A DNA stretch of 64,000 nucleotides, taken from the NCBI GenBank assembly GCA_038087875.1, contig JAXLNO010003819.1:124001-188000 (forward strand). The letters are read 5' to 3'. Origin of the DNA: Malacoraja senta. Its lineage: Eukaryota. Position 1 is the stretch's first letter, and the number at the start of each line of letters is the position of its first letter. This document shows positions 1-12,171 of this stretch, piece by piece. The notes beneath the pieces were generated by a model. It was not told the origin of the DNA. It did not search any database and saw only the letters and a list, made by a program, of their open reading frames with translations. Both the position numbers and the translations under genes were made by a program.

Positions 1-1085
1 TGGCTGATCGTCTCAAATCAGTACCCCGTTCCTCCCTTCTCCCCATACCACCTGACTCCGCTATCTTTAAGAGCCCTATCTAGCTCTCTCTTGAAAGTAT
101 CCAGAGAACCGGCCTCTACCGCCTTCTAAGGAAGATAATTCCACAGACTCACAACTCTCTGTGAGAAAAATTGTTTCCTCGTCTCCGTTCTAAATGGCTT
201 ACCCCTTATTCTTAAACGGTGCCTCCTGGTTCGGGACTCCTCCAACATCGGGAACATGTTTCCTGCCTCTAGCGCGTCCAAAACCTTAATACTCTTGTAT
301 GTTTCAAGAAGATCCCCTCTAATTCTTCTAAACTACAGAGTATACAAGCCCAGCCGCTCCGTTCTCTCAGCATATGATAGTCCCTCCATCCCGGGTATTA
401 ACGGTGCACTCCCTCAATAGCAAGAATGGCATTCCTCAAATTAGGGGACCAAAACTGCACAATACTCCAGATGTGGTCTCACTGGGGCCCTGTACAAATG
501 CAGAAGGATCCTTTGCTCCTATACTCGACTCCTCTTGTTATAAAGGCCAACATGCCATTCCCTTTCTTCACTGCCTGCTGTACCTACATGCTTAATTTCA
601 TAGAATGATGAACAAGGACCCCCAGATCCCGTTGTACTTCCCCTTTTCCCAACTTGACGCCATTTAGATAGTAATATGCTTTCCTGTTTGTGATACCGAA
701 GTGGATAACTTCACATTTATTCCTATTAAACTTCAACTGCCATGCATTTGCCCACTCCCCCAACCTGTCCAATTCATCCTGCATTCGCATAGCACCTCGT
801 CACAGTTCACACTGCCACCCAGCTTTGCGTCATCTGCAAATTTGCTAATGTCACTTTGAATCCCTTCATCCAAATCATTTATATATATTGTAAATAGCTG
901 CGGTCCCACCACAGAGTCTTGTTGTACCCGACTTGTCACTGCCTGCCATTCTGAAAGGGACCCGTTAATCCCTACTCTTTGTTTCCTATCTGCCAACCAA
1001 TTTTCCATCCATGTCAGCGCTCTACCCCCAATACCATGTGCCATAATGTTGCCCACTAATCTCCTATGTGGGACCTTATCAAATG
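1..1085 (-). mobile_element. CR1-clade LINE ORF2 (RT and C-terminal) fragment, decayed
   Basis: Frameshifted minus-strand ORFs 733-1056 and 584-790 read [24 protein letters not shown] and [16 protein letters not shown]; paralogous to 43835-44985. Confidence 0.9.
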
Positions 1086-2824
1086 CGTAGGCAGGTGGGG
1101 TGTGCAGCCAGTCTTGATTATATTGCCTCTCGTGATAACGTTCAAAACCTGAAATGTCAACTCACAACATCGTTCGCTGCAGAGAAATAAAATATCCTGA
1201 CCTATACAGTCTCTCTCGGAATTGAACGTCTCCAGTCCTGGCAAAATCTTTGTCATTAATAATCTGCCACTCCCCAGATTAATGGTATCATTGCTAACAT
1301 ATTGCAATCTGGACAACATTGCACGTGCGGTCTCGCCAACGTCCTATACCAGATGGTTAAACTCCACTTATACCCAACTGCGTGCGACTCCGGAAGTGAA
1401 ATAAGCCCACACCTTAAGATGGCTGAGGGAAACAATATCCTACAATCCCCATACAAATTGACTCGCATCGCTTGCAAGCCGATTGCTCATGAACAAGATG
1501 GAGAAAATGCCCTGTTTCCATGCTGTATAACATGCAACTACCACTTACAGTGAGAGTTGGTTGAATATACCTGCCTCTCCCGTGAGGAAGAGTTGGCGCT
1601 GCGTCCCCTTTAAATATTTACCGACTCATTTTAGACTCCTGCCCTCTTTTAGAGACCTATATCAGAGGAACAAAATAAAAGACCTCGTCTTATTTTAACA
1701 CTCTATAACTCCTCGGGGTCTTGTGCGCGAGGAACCTCAGCATTATCAAGTCCATCTCACAATTTACAGCGTCCAATATGAGTATCATTCTTGTGAATAG
1801 AGTTGCATACTCCCTAGTTAAAATGGATTTTTAATGAATTATTTCGAAAAATAATATCCCTCCTCCTGTGCTGTACTGCTCTGTGAAGTTTTTTTCTGTG
1901 AATTGCTTAGTTTGAGTGCACAAAACATGACACTTCTTTCTTAGGTCACGACATTCTTCAGAATGATCTACTCCCAAACATGTACCGCCGGTCAGATTCT
2001 CCTTAACCGATTCAGTCGGCTCTATCATCTTGCATATCAACATTCTTGATATCTCCAACGGATCAATGCATTGAGATTATTTCGCCCTAATATCTGGAAT
2101 AACATCAAAATCTATTCACCTCTCGTTTTATGAATTAACACATTTCTTTCAAGATAACCTGTAGATCAAGAACATTTCTTGTCGATATTTATTTCTGGTC
2201 AGTTTCCACGTTACACATAATATTTGCATATCCTTTACTTCATGAAGTGCCAACAGTGGAAAGATAGTAATGCTGCTGTTGTAGCTGAATTGTATGAGAT
2301 GTCGTCTAGAAGGTTCCTGTGACTTACATCATTTGGACCGCTGCCCAAGAATGATTCCCTTTTCTTTTGAAAAGGAGCTGCATGAGGAATCCAGGATCAA
2401 ACTATTAATGGGTGCATGTTAATGAATGGAACAGTGTCTGAAAATGCATTACAAATGCTACAAATAAAACACTATATTATATCGCAGATTGTGTGGATAA
2501 ATGCTATATGACATGTATTTTGCTGCATCTTCGTGTCACACCTTTAAATTTAAAAATAGAATGTGCAGTCGTATCTTACATTTCCCTTGTGCGGTTGGTA
2601 CTCAGCTGGTGCCTGAGTAGCAAACGATCGCATAATGAGTTTGATCGCTTTGTATCACCAGGGAGCAACCTATTTGTTCAACGGTCCACAACGGATGTCC
2701 GCGGGGAGGTGAACGCACGCTGTCCGTCACTTTTTTCTAGGAATATAAATATCGCGCGGTTTGACTTCTCACTTTGACTTCTGTAAGTTTTGAACGGCAT
2801 AACTGGGGACGGCTGGAAGGAGAA

Positions 2825-4678
2825 ATGAGTTGGAAGTGGTATTTGACAGCTGAATATTATTATTATCCAATTCTAGCAGCAATCGCAGTACCTGGTAGGT
2901 CAATGGAACGTGTATGCGGGACTGACTTGTGGGATGATGTGTTGATAAAGGCAATGTTAAAGGTAAAGTGCAAATAGTGTGCGAAACACGGGAATGCTGG
3001 ACTGCATCCGTCGTCTATTGATTATCGTTGGTGATATTAACTCCGAGGAACTTGAAGTCCTCAACCACTTCCACTTCAGGAGCGTTGATGGTGACCGGTG
3101 ATCCTTCGCTTTTCCTAAAATAGATAACTTGCTCCTTCGTCTGGTTGATACTGACGTTGAGATTGTTATTATCTAGAAAGTTGTGGGAGCAGTTACAGCC
3201 GAATTTGGCCGCGGGTCGTAAGTGTTTAGGGTGAAGTGTCGGGGACGGAGCAGACATCTTTATGGGGCACCGTTGTTGAGAATTATTGTGGATGGGGTGT
3301 TATCACTGATTATCACTGATTAAGGTATGTTCATTAGAAAGTCGAGTATCCACTCGCAAGCTGGAGTGCTGATCGCGAGGCTCGGGAGTTTATCAATGTG
3401 TTTGGATGGGAGTAGTGTTGAAGGCAAGTGTTCCAGCGGAGAAATGGGAATCTAACGTTCGCCTCCTTCCTGCCTGGCTGTTACAGAGAAGGGTTTAGGT
3501 CCAGGACGATGGCGTCTGATGCTGAACTGCTGCTGCAATATGCAGTCTGCGGTTCATCAAAGGCGGCTGGGAGAGGGCTCACGCTACCTGCGTATACCGC
3601 TGATAGCCAATGCGCACATCTCCTTAGCACGCACTGAGGGATTGCAAGCGGAGCAATCGTTTTCGACCAAATAAACAAAGCGTACCAAAAATTTACCCCC
3701 ACCCCAAATTAGCATCGCGTTTCCCTTCCATGTAACGACAGTTTCCTCTTTTCTACTCCCCCAGTGAACTTGTTGGCGATTGTGATCCTGTCGCGCAGAA
3801 ATTGTGGTCTCTCAAAATGCACCACTCGTTACCTGGTGGCCATGGCGGCGGTGGACCTCTCAGTGATTGTCTGCGAAGTGATATTACATCGGATTGCCGA
3901 CGTTTACTGGTGGCACACATTCCTCTTCCACAATACTGTGTGCAGGTGCATTATGTTCCTCGCTCCCGCCGCCGTTTCCTGTTCGGTTTGGCTCACGGTC
4001 GCTTTCACATTTGATCGCTTTGTGGCCATTTCCACTCAGAATCTGAGAACCAGATACTGCACCGAAAGAACCGCGCTGGTGGTTATAGTCACCCTAACTG
4101 CGTTCTTCTGTTTACAGAACGCTCCCTGGCCTTTTGCGTACACTTATTATCTCAGGGATCAGCAGGGTATACTGCGGGGTTGCCGAATACCATATCACTT
4201 TTATGTCCTGCCATCGTGGATAGCATTTTCCTGGACTCAACAGCTGCTAATCCCAGTCATTCCATTTTGTTTGATTATGCTTATGAACGTGCTCACTGTC
4301 AGACGCATTTTAGTGGCCAGTCGTGTCCGCAGAAAACTCCGCGATCTCAGTAGTGAGGACCCCGAAATCGCAAACCGCAGACGGTCCGTAATTTTACTCC
4401 TAGCAATCTCCAGCAGTTTTATGATGCTCTGGGGCACAAATGTGGGATATTTCGTTTACTATCGATGTACGAATGCATTTTGGTACAGGGGGTTGAAGAA
4501 CCGATTTGCAACATTTGAACAAACTGGAATTATGCTACAACTGTTGAACACCTGCACAAACACGCTTATTTACACCGTGACCCAGAGGAGGTTCAGAGAG
4601 CTGCTGCTCCACGTACTCATGTACCCCTTCACCCTAACTGTAAGTTTAATAAAACTGAGAAAACCTGGTGTAAATTAA
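2825..4678 (+). CDS. Class A orphan GPCR (GPR139-like elasmobranch family), copy A1; two exons 2825-2894 and 3765-4678, 327 aa
   Basis: Exon 1 ATG 2825 encodes MSWKWYLTAEYYYYPILAAIAVP+G, then donor GTAGGT at 2895. Pyrimidine tract and AG at 3763-3764; the phase-1 join gives ..AVP-V-NLLAIVIL. Seven hydrophobic segments, AAVD (TM2), VWLTVAFTFDRFVAI (TM3), TM3 and ECL2 cysteines, NTLIY (TM7). Confidence 0.9.
3010..3400 (-). mobile_element. Decayed L2-like LINE RT fragment inside the GPCR intron
   Basis: ORF 3015-3257 contains NNLNVSINQTKEQVIYFRK..VEVVEDFKFLGVNIT, typical of L2/Rex RT C-terminus; same fragment at about 46930-47320. Confidence 0.7.
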
Positions 4679-5899
4679 CATTACAATAATAATCCCTTCG
4701 TGAGTGAGTGCAAAAACTATGTAATGAAGGAGTTTTATCTGAAATCTTTCCGCATCCATTAAAAAAAAAATAGCTGAGAAATAGAATCTGAAGTCGCTCC
4801 CTGCACTGGAATGCATATTTGGCCATCTATTTAACGTGCGACACGGGCGCGTTGTTCAAAGTGTCCAGTGGGGAGGGCGGCCATGTGGAACCGATTGCTA
4901 TGTTGTACTGGAGCAGACCTCCAATGTTTCCGGAATTGAGCCTCGCCGTTAACTGTTTCCACCTTCCTTTGAATCCAGCGGTAAAGTCTCCAGCACGCAA
5001 TGAAAACAGACAAAGAGTTATGGACATAAACATTTCATGCTCCATTACTCTACTCTTCTTTCAGACGTTCCATGGTTACGTATGTAAGTGCCCAGTGCAC
5101 AAATGTTTTTTTATAAAATTCTTGCTGCAACATTTACGTTAATGAGAGTTCGATTTTATTTTTGCTTCTCGCACTCAATGTAATGCCTCATTGCACCTTG
5201 CAGAGGCTTTCGGTTTTCATCACAATTATTAACTCTGGACTAGATGCAGCCAAAGGTTGTGGGTGCTATTCATACAAGTTGGCATTACTAATTATATTTT
5301 AATGGAAGCAGAGTGTAACAGGCGAGTATCCAGTACAGGGCGGTAAAGTGAGTAGGTTCACCTGTGTGGTAAAGAGATTCTGAATCGATTTGCATTAATG
5401 TCCCACCTCCATTGATGCAGCGCCGACGCTGGAGCTCTGCCGAGGCGAAGTAGCTAAATTCGGCGTACCAGTACATATCTGTTTTGAGCGGTTGCATCAT
5501 TTGCATCATTTATCGCTCTCATTGTACGCATCACGGAGATGAAGAAGCGCAAAGGATTGCTTCTCCGTCTTGAGAGCATTTCTTGTCGGGTAGGCGACGT
5601 ATCGGCTGTTTAGTGACCTGCAGCGAAAAAAATGGAGACTCATGAACTAACATTTTATCGACATATAAACTGATAACAAAAGTATTTTTGGGACAAAATT
5701 AGTTTTCCTTCAGTTGTTTGTGCCAGTTTTGATATCCATTGGGATCAGTGTCCATTTGTGACGTGGCGCCACCTTCCACAGCAATCTTTTCTGAATCTGA
5801 TTTACCAACAAACCCTCCATCCGTAGAATCCAGCCGCCACGCCTCCAAATGAATGGCAATAGCTCTACTATTCCGGTCCTCGATTCTTCCCCATCATCA

Positions 5900-6717
5900 T
5901 GTGAGGTTATCCATTTTGGTGGCAAAAACAGGAAAGCAGACTATTTTCTAAATGGTGGCCGACTAGGAAAAGGAGAGATGCAGCGAGACCTGGGTGTTAT
6001 GGTACACCAGTCATTGAAAGTAGGCATGCAGGTGCAGCAGGCAGTGAAGAAAGCGAATGGTATGTTAGCTTTCATAGCAAAAGGATTTGAGTATAGGAGC
6101 AGGGAGGTTCTACTGCAGTTGTACAGGGTCTTGGTGAGACCACACCTGGAGTATTGCATACAGTTTTGGTCTCCAAATCTGAGGAAGGACATTATTGCCA
6201 TAGAGGGAGTGCAGAGAAGGTTCACCAGACTGATTCCTGGGATGTCAGGACTGTCTTATGAAGAAAGACTGGATAGACTTGGTTTATACTCTCTAGAATT
6301 TAGGAGATTGAGAGGGGATCTTATAGAAACTTACAAAATTCTCAAGGGGTTGGACAGGCTAGATGCAGGAAGATTGCTCCCGATGTTGGGGAAGTCCAGG
6401 ACAAGGGGTCACAGCTTAAGGATAAGGGGTAAATCCTTTAAAACCGAGATGAGAAGAACTTTTTTCACACAGAGAGTGGTGAATCTCTGGAACTCTCTGC
6501 CACAGAGGGTAGTCGAGGCCAGTTCATTGGTTATATTTAAGAGGGAGCTAGATGTGGCCCTTGTGGCTAAAGGGATCAGAGGGTATGGAGAGAAGGCAGG
6601 TACGGGATACTGAGTTGGATGATCAGCCATGATCATATTGAATGGCGGTGCAGGCTCGAAGGGCCGAATGGCCTACTCCTGCACCTAATTTCTATGTTTC
6701 TATGTTTCTATGTTTCT
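5900..6717 (+). mobile_element. Young 5'-truncated CR1 LINE insertion
   Basis: Open ORF2 C-terminus (..RPHLEYCIQFWSP..GIRGYGEKAGTGY), (TTTCTATG)n tail, ATCA duplicated at 5896-5899 and 6718-6721; empty site in the paralog at 60242-60245. Confidence 0.93.
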
Positions 6718-7474
6718 ATCACACTGTTCTTCTCTAAACCCATCTCTGATTGCTCATGTAAGTACTCATTGATATAATGAGATTACAATGTACATTAAAG
6801 ATTCACTCCTTACCAGTTGCATCCAACGGTAGCGGATGGTGTTTATTCAAGCAAGGGAATCTAATAATATTTTAAGGAAGCAGAGTCTAGTAGTCGGGGC
6901 GGTAAAGGGAGAAGGTTCGCTTTTCTGATTGGTCATAGTTACAAATTGGTCTGGCATGTATCTCCCGAGCCACTACCACAGCGCAGACGCTGCAGTTGTG
7001 CAGAGGCTAAGAGAGTAGAATAAAAACAAGAGGAAAACGCTCGAAAGGAAGCTTCTCAGAATCGAGTGCATCTCGGGTAGGACTCCGCAGTTGGCCAGAC
7101 ATTGAGAAAAATGGAGAAGGCTTCCAATTAAAATGTAAATGATTACGAAGAATAATGGATCTTCAGCTGTTTGTGCCAGCTAAGATATTCACGAGGATCA
7201 GGGTTGATTGGTGACTTTTGTCTTGGCCGCAACTTCTGCACAAATCTTTCCATAACATAATTTACATTCCTTCATACTTTGAATGCAAGAGCAAGCCTTC
7301 AGCTCTCAATGGCAATAGGTCCACAATTCCGTTCCTCAACCGTCCCATCCCCATCACACTTTTCTTTTTGTGGCCATCTATGATTTTCTATGTAAGTGCC
7401 CAGACCACGATTCTTGATAACCTTCTTGGAGACTGTTTCTCCCCCATTCGTGCAATAATATGTCTATACACACA

Positions 7475-7800
7475 CATATATTCCATTTGGAGATACAGCG
7501 CGGAAACAGGCTCCACGGCACAGCGAGTCCGCGTTGATCAGCGATTCCCGCACACTAACACCATCGTACACATTGCGGATAATTTAACATTTTTACCGAA
7601 ACCAAATAACCTACAAACCGATACGTCTTTGGAGTATTCGAGGAAACCGGAGCACCGGATAAAAGCCTACGGGGAGAACGGACAACGGGTCACGGACAAC
7701 GGGACAACGGACAAACTCCGTGCAGGCAACTATAGTGGTCAGGATCAAATCCGGATCTCTGACGGTTTAGGACAGCATCACTGCCTCTGCGGCACCCCTG
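7475..7800 (-). mobile_element. tRNA-derived SINE, HE1-like
   Basis: Reverse complement resembles the SINE at 10405-10700 (gagatacagcgcggaaacagg tail, aacctacaaacc, ggaaaccggagcaccgga core); paralog at about 61010-61320. Confidence 0.75.
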
Positions 7801-7879
7801 CGGGTTTGATAGTAAACAATGTTATGGAAAGATTTTTGCGGAAGGTGATGCCAAGTGACAAGTCATAAATCAACCCTGA

Positions 7880-8030
7880 TCATACATAGTAATATATATA
7901 GTAATATATATAAATATAAATATTTTAAAAGTATGTTAATACATATAAAAATAGTCGTTATAATAATATAATTGTATAATTGTATATATTATTATTATAT
8001 TTATTTTAATATATTTATATATATATTTAA
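7880..8030. repeat. AT-rich low-complexity tract
   Basis: Near-pure A/T with (TA)n and TAATA motifs; a longer version at about 61400-61620 explains spurious ORF 61372-61788. Confidence 0.9.
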
Positions 8031-8459
8031 ATGGATGGATGGAGATATTAACAGAGGACATCGCATCAGGCGTTAAACAGATTAAATGCTTTTGGCGGAA
8101 TGTCACAATTCTAGAATCGTTTTGGCATTACGAGAACGCACAGAAGGAAGAGCAGTTCTCAGCAAAGTGTGTGGATGCTTCTCTGAACTGCTGACAAGAG
8201 TTCACTTCAAATACTTCCAGCTGACTCACTAGATGTTTTTCTCACATAGAAGACGGAATGTTGCTCGAAAGCAAATATCTAAATTGCTCTCTGGGTATTA
8301 CTTCCCCGATTTAATCCAATCCCTGCTAGGTTTTGTTTGCAATTGCAAAACAACACACTTCCCACATTATTCCGTGGCCCATGGACCGACCCTTTACCCA
8401 ACCGTCCATTTACTGTTCTCTCTTGAGTCCTCCCTTCATCTTTGCAATCTCTGAGTATC

Positions 8460-8940
8460 GGACAGGAAAGGGAGTGGAGCACCAATAATCCTGCTGGCGG
8501 TCTTCACAATCCTGTCTAGTTGGTGCCGTTCGTACGCCTTGCAGCTCCCGAACCAGGAAGTGATGCCGTAGGTTAATGTGCTCTCGATTGTCCCCCTATA
8601 TAAAGTTCGTAGGTGTGTAATGGGGAGACCTGCTTTACGTAGTCTTCGGAGAGGGTGTAGTCGCTTCTGGGCTCTCTTGACCAGTGCTGTGGTGTTGGTC
8701 GTGGACGTCAGGTCATCTGACAGTCTTTTCAATCTTTCCTCATATGACAGTCCCTCCATCGCAGGGATCAATCTCGTGAACCTACGCTGCACTGCCTCAA
8801 TCAGAAGGATGTCCTTCCTCAAATTAGGAGACCAAAACTGTACACAAAACTCCAGATGTTGTCTCACCAGAGCCCTATACGACTGCAGAAGAAACTCTTT
8901 ACTCCCAGACTGAAATCCTCTTGTTATGAAGGCCAACATT
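8460..8940 (-). mobile_element. L2-like fragment (about 8460-8718) fused to a CR1 ORF2 fragment (about 8719-8940)
   Basis: ORF 8436-8972 switches from CR1 (YEERLKRL) to L2-type (SDDLTSTTNTTALVKRAQKRLHPLRRLRK); the paralog at 62210-62880 has the uninterrupted CR1 3' end. Confidence 0.8.
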
Positions 8941-9239
8941 CCATTATCTTTCTTGTAATTGTAAACCAGCATTTTCGGTTCCTTGTTGCTGCAGATGCAA
9001 CAGCTGATTTTACACCTGCTCTATTCCCACAATTCATGCCAATTGAAATCTATGGGGAACCATACGAGGTTGGGGGCGATGAACGGGCGAGGAGAACGTC
9101 CATACATTTAATATTTCAGGTAAAGGATTTAGGGTAGTTGATGTTGGGAGAATGGTTTCACAGTGGAGAGAAACCAGGGAGGGATTGGGATGAGGTGTGG
9201 CGGGTGGGAGTTACATGGAAACAGTCCCGTCGAGTCAAC

Positions 9240-9495
9240 ACCGCCACCGATTACCCGTCCACAACCATTTCTATGTTATCTCAGTTTCGCACGACTCTCC
9301 CCATACGAGGGGGAATTTTCAGAGGGCTGATCAACCTACAAACCCGCATGCCTTTAGGACGTGGGCTCAAACCGGGGCACCCGGAGTTAACACACGCGTT
9401 CTCATGGAGATTGCCCAGCAGCACCCGAGTTCAGGATCACACACGTCTATCTGGAGCTGTCAGGTATCAGCTCTACCAGCCGCGCCACTGTGTAT
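9240..9495 (-). mobile_element. tRNA-derived SINE
   Basis: Minus strand starts cacagtggcgcggctggtagagctgatacc (A-box-like head) and contains the gtttgtaggttgatc core; paralog at about 63170-63420. Confidence 0.7.
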
Positions 9496-10404
9496 TCCGC
9501 TAATAGTGGGCGATTTCCTTCGGCTGCTCCAGTGTCCTCCCACGAAGGATGGCGATAATCTATCTGCCATTGCCGCGTGGAAGGTAGTATCATCGGTTGG
9601 AGTTGATTGGCAGATGAAATTGAGAGATTTGCAATAGTGAGTAACAAGAATGAGATTCGAGGGATTGCTCAGAGCCGGCTTTAATTCCTCCTGCAGGGAG
9701 GGCAAGGAAAAGATGTGAAATCCCCTAAATTTTTTTTCTCCGCCGTTGACTGCTGAGATTTGTATAGCTTCAAATTTGAGTTGGGTACTCTCTCCCCAAA
9801 TCCTCTTCGCTCCAGACTCTAGTATCCCGATTACACCATACGGCAAACACATCCTGTCATTTGGGTCTTGGGTCCTGATATTTAGTTGACAGCGATGTAC
9901 ATGCTGTTCAATTTGAGGAATTCGCTGGGGCTGCTGGTTTGCGCTCAAGGGTAATTTCACGGTTGTTCACAGCTCATTCTGATTTATTGGCCCCCACATC
10001 CTGCTGTACGTTCGGCTCCTCTCTCTTTCTCTCGCTCTTTCCACCTCCGTCGACCCACCCACGGCCCCTCGGTCCAAACTGCAAACAATCTTTTTTATGT
10101 TGGATTCCAGCGGATATCACACTCTCAGAAAGGAAGCGGTAAATAAACCTCGTGGCCTTCGTTCAAGCAGTCCGATAGAACCGTCTCCCTGGACATCGAC
10201 ATCCCAAATGTCCCATTGGCGGACAATGGACGATAGTGATACGCCAAAGCGCCAATCTGACCATTTCAATAAAGGCGCTTATCTAAAATGGTCCCATATG
10301 GCTGTACTTAGCGCATGTTCTTCTAAATCTTATCTAACCATTAATTAGCCCAAATGCATCTTAAGTGTTGTAACGTTGCCGACTACGACCACTTCCTTAC
10401 ACAT

Positions 10405-10700
10405 ATCGGCACAGTGGCGTAGTGGTAAAGCTACTGCCTTGGAGCGCCAGAGACCCGGGTTCGATCCTGACTACGGCTACTTGTCTGTACTGAGTTTGTC
10501 CATTCTACCCATGACCTGCGTGTGTTTTCTTCGAGATCTTCGATTTCACCCAACACGCCAAAAAAGTCGAGTATGTAGGTTACAGGTTAATTGGCTTGGT
10601 GTAAATGTAAACATTGTCACTAGGGCAGTTTTAAGTGATCACTGGTGGGTGCGGACTCGGTTAGGCGAAGGGCCAGCATCCGCGTGGTATCTCTACATTA
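10405..10700 (+). mobile_element. HE1-like tRNA-derived SINE
   Basis: ggcacagtggcgtagtggtaaag A box, gggttcgatcc B box, gtaggttacaggttaattggcttgg core, gcgaagggcc tail region. Confidence 0.85.
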
Positions 10701-12171
10701 AATATCCACCGTGAGGGAACAAATGCGCTTCACGACGTGTTTGAATGTTTCTCCTCCCTCCTTCGGCTTATGCACTCGTTTGGAGAACCGTGCCAAATAT
10801 GAAACTCTTTATCTATTATACTCGTGATACTATAAACCATGAAAGGTCACCTCACGAACCCGTACAGTGAAGGGATGAAGTTCTCAGATCAATCCAGTTT
10901 CGTTCTGAATGGAATCCTTCGGGTCCCGGCAACATCCCAGTAAATATTTTCTGGACGCACTCGAAGTTAACGTCATGCTTCCTGAAGTATTGACAGAACG
11001 GTATTCGAGAATGATATTCCAAGTGCAGAAAGAAGGAACTGCAAAAGCTACTTTAAAAAAAGATACATAACATTATGTAGACATTATTGGGTCAAATAAC
11101 ATCTCCGGAGAAAATTTACACTATGTTACACATTTAATGCTGCAATCCCCTGTAAATAAAAGTCGAACCTTACACTCCTTTCACCTCCAAAACATTATCG
11201 GGAAATCCATCGAGCAACAGGGATATTTTCACCTCTGTGGTCCTGGAGCTTTTCAGTAATCGCGACCAGATGTGAGGTCTGGTCACTTCACTTATAGCAT
11301 GGATTTATATACCAAGAATGCCATTCTTCTGCCGTAACCAACAGATAATAGTTGGCTATGATTTTGGAACTTGTCATTCTTCTTAGTGCTGAAAATGCAT
11401 GCTATTTATTAATATCATCCACCGAGCTAGCCTCAAATGTGTCTGAAATAGAGACGTTTACCTTTTCTCCATGCTAGGTGTCCTTGCTGCCGTGATTCAG
11501 AGGCCACGTGATTTCGTGGCAATTGTAAGTGAGCCCGAATATGTTTCCAAGCATCTAGAAGCGACCCTGCTTGCTTGACATGTGGTGCTGTTAGTAGACG
11601 ACTCCATCTTAGCTGAAAACGTGTATACTCCTTTCATTATAGAACTCACCATCGTCGTACACACATGTTCGTGTCCCATAGTGTCAACCACTGCTTACAT
11701 TTTCTGTACATTATCAGCTCACCGGACTAAATGCGAACTTACAGGTTGAAAGGTCTAAAGCAAGCACACATCTGAAGTTTATAACTCAATAAGCAAAGAT
11801 TAGAGTTCTGCTGGAAATTAATTCAAACCACGCAGCCACGTTCTGCACGCTCTCTATCTGTTGTCCCTCAGAACTCTGTCATACCATGCCCAGCTGTTGA
11901 GCAGAACAAACATGCGACATCTTGCTCGCATTGCGTTGTGCGTGACATTCGTTATTGGTAACAACGTTTATTTTTTTTAATGTTTTCATGTCCTTCAAGA
12001 GAGAATTGCAAATCTGTAGATTGATGATGCATGTGAACCAATCACACTTAGCCAGCATCACTAACTCCACCCCACTATAACACTTATACTAAGGCCTATT
12101 CCCAGCACCGTCTGTCTGAGCAGCTAGGATGAACTGACTACACCTTGTCTTTAAATGCTGCCAAGTTACAG

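Noticed and set aside
1222-1404. 60-aa ORF open in all four copies
   Set aside because: TTG start, no recognisable family; a short frame in young duplicates is weak evidence.
4819-5142. ORF MAIYLTCDTGALFK.. recurring after three GPCR copies
   Set aside because: Non-ATG start, broken in the A3 copy, and recurrence is explained by recent duplication.
6690-6717. Short repeats such as (TTTCTATG)n, (CATAGAAA)n, (TCAA)n as CRISPR-like arrays or satellites
   Set aside because: They are LINE 3' tails directly attached to ORF2 ends.
7218-7868. 216-aa ORF (paralog 60741-61385)
   Set aside because: Runs through a SINE in antisense and has no ATG start; chance open frame.
10405-10470. tRNA-like sequence with A and B boxes, also containing CACAGTG
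   Set aside because: Head of a SINE; no cloverleaf 3' end and no nonamer.
11355-11900. Possible decayed second V segment (MILELVILLSAEN.., acceptor then GVLA-AVIQRPRDFVAIVSEP, TGGTGCTGTTAG resembling WYRQ, AATFC)
   Set aside because: No GT donor, no canonical first Cys, the Trp-to-Cys distance is about 80 nt too long and there is no RSS. Could be revisited with an Ig V-set HMM.
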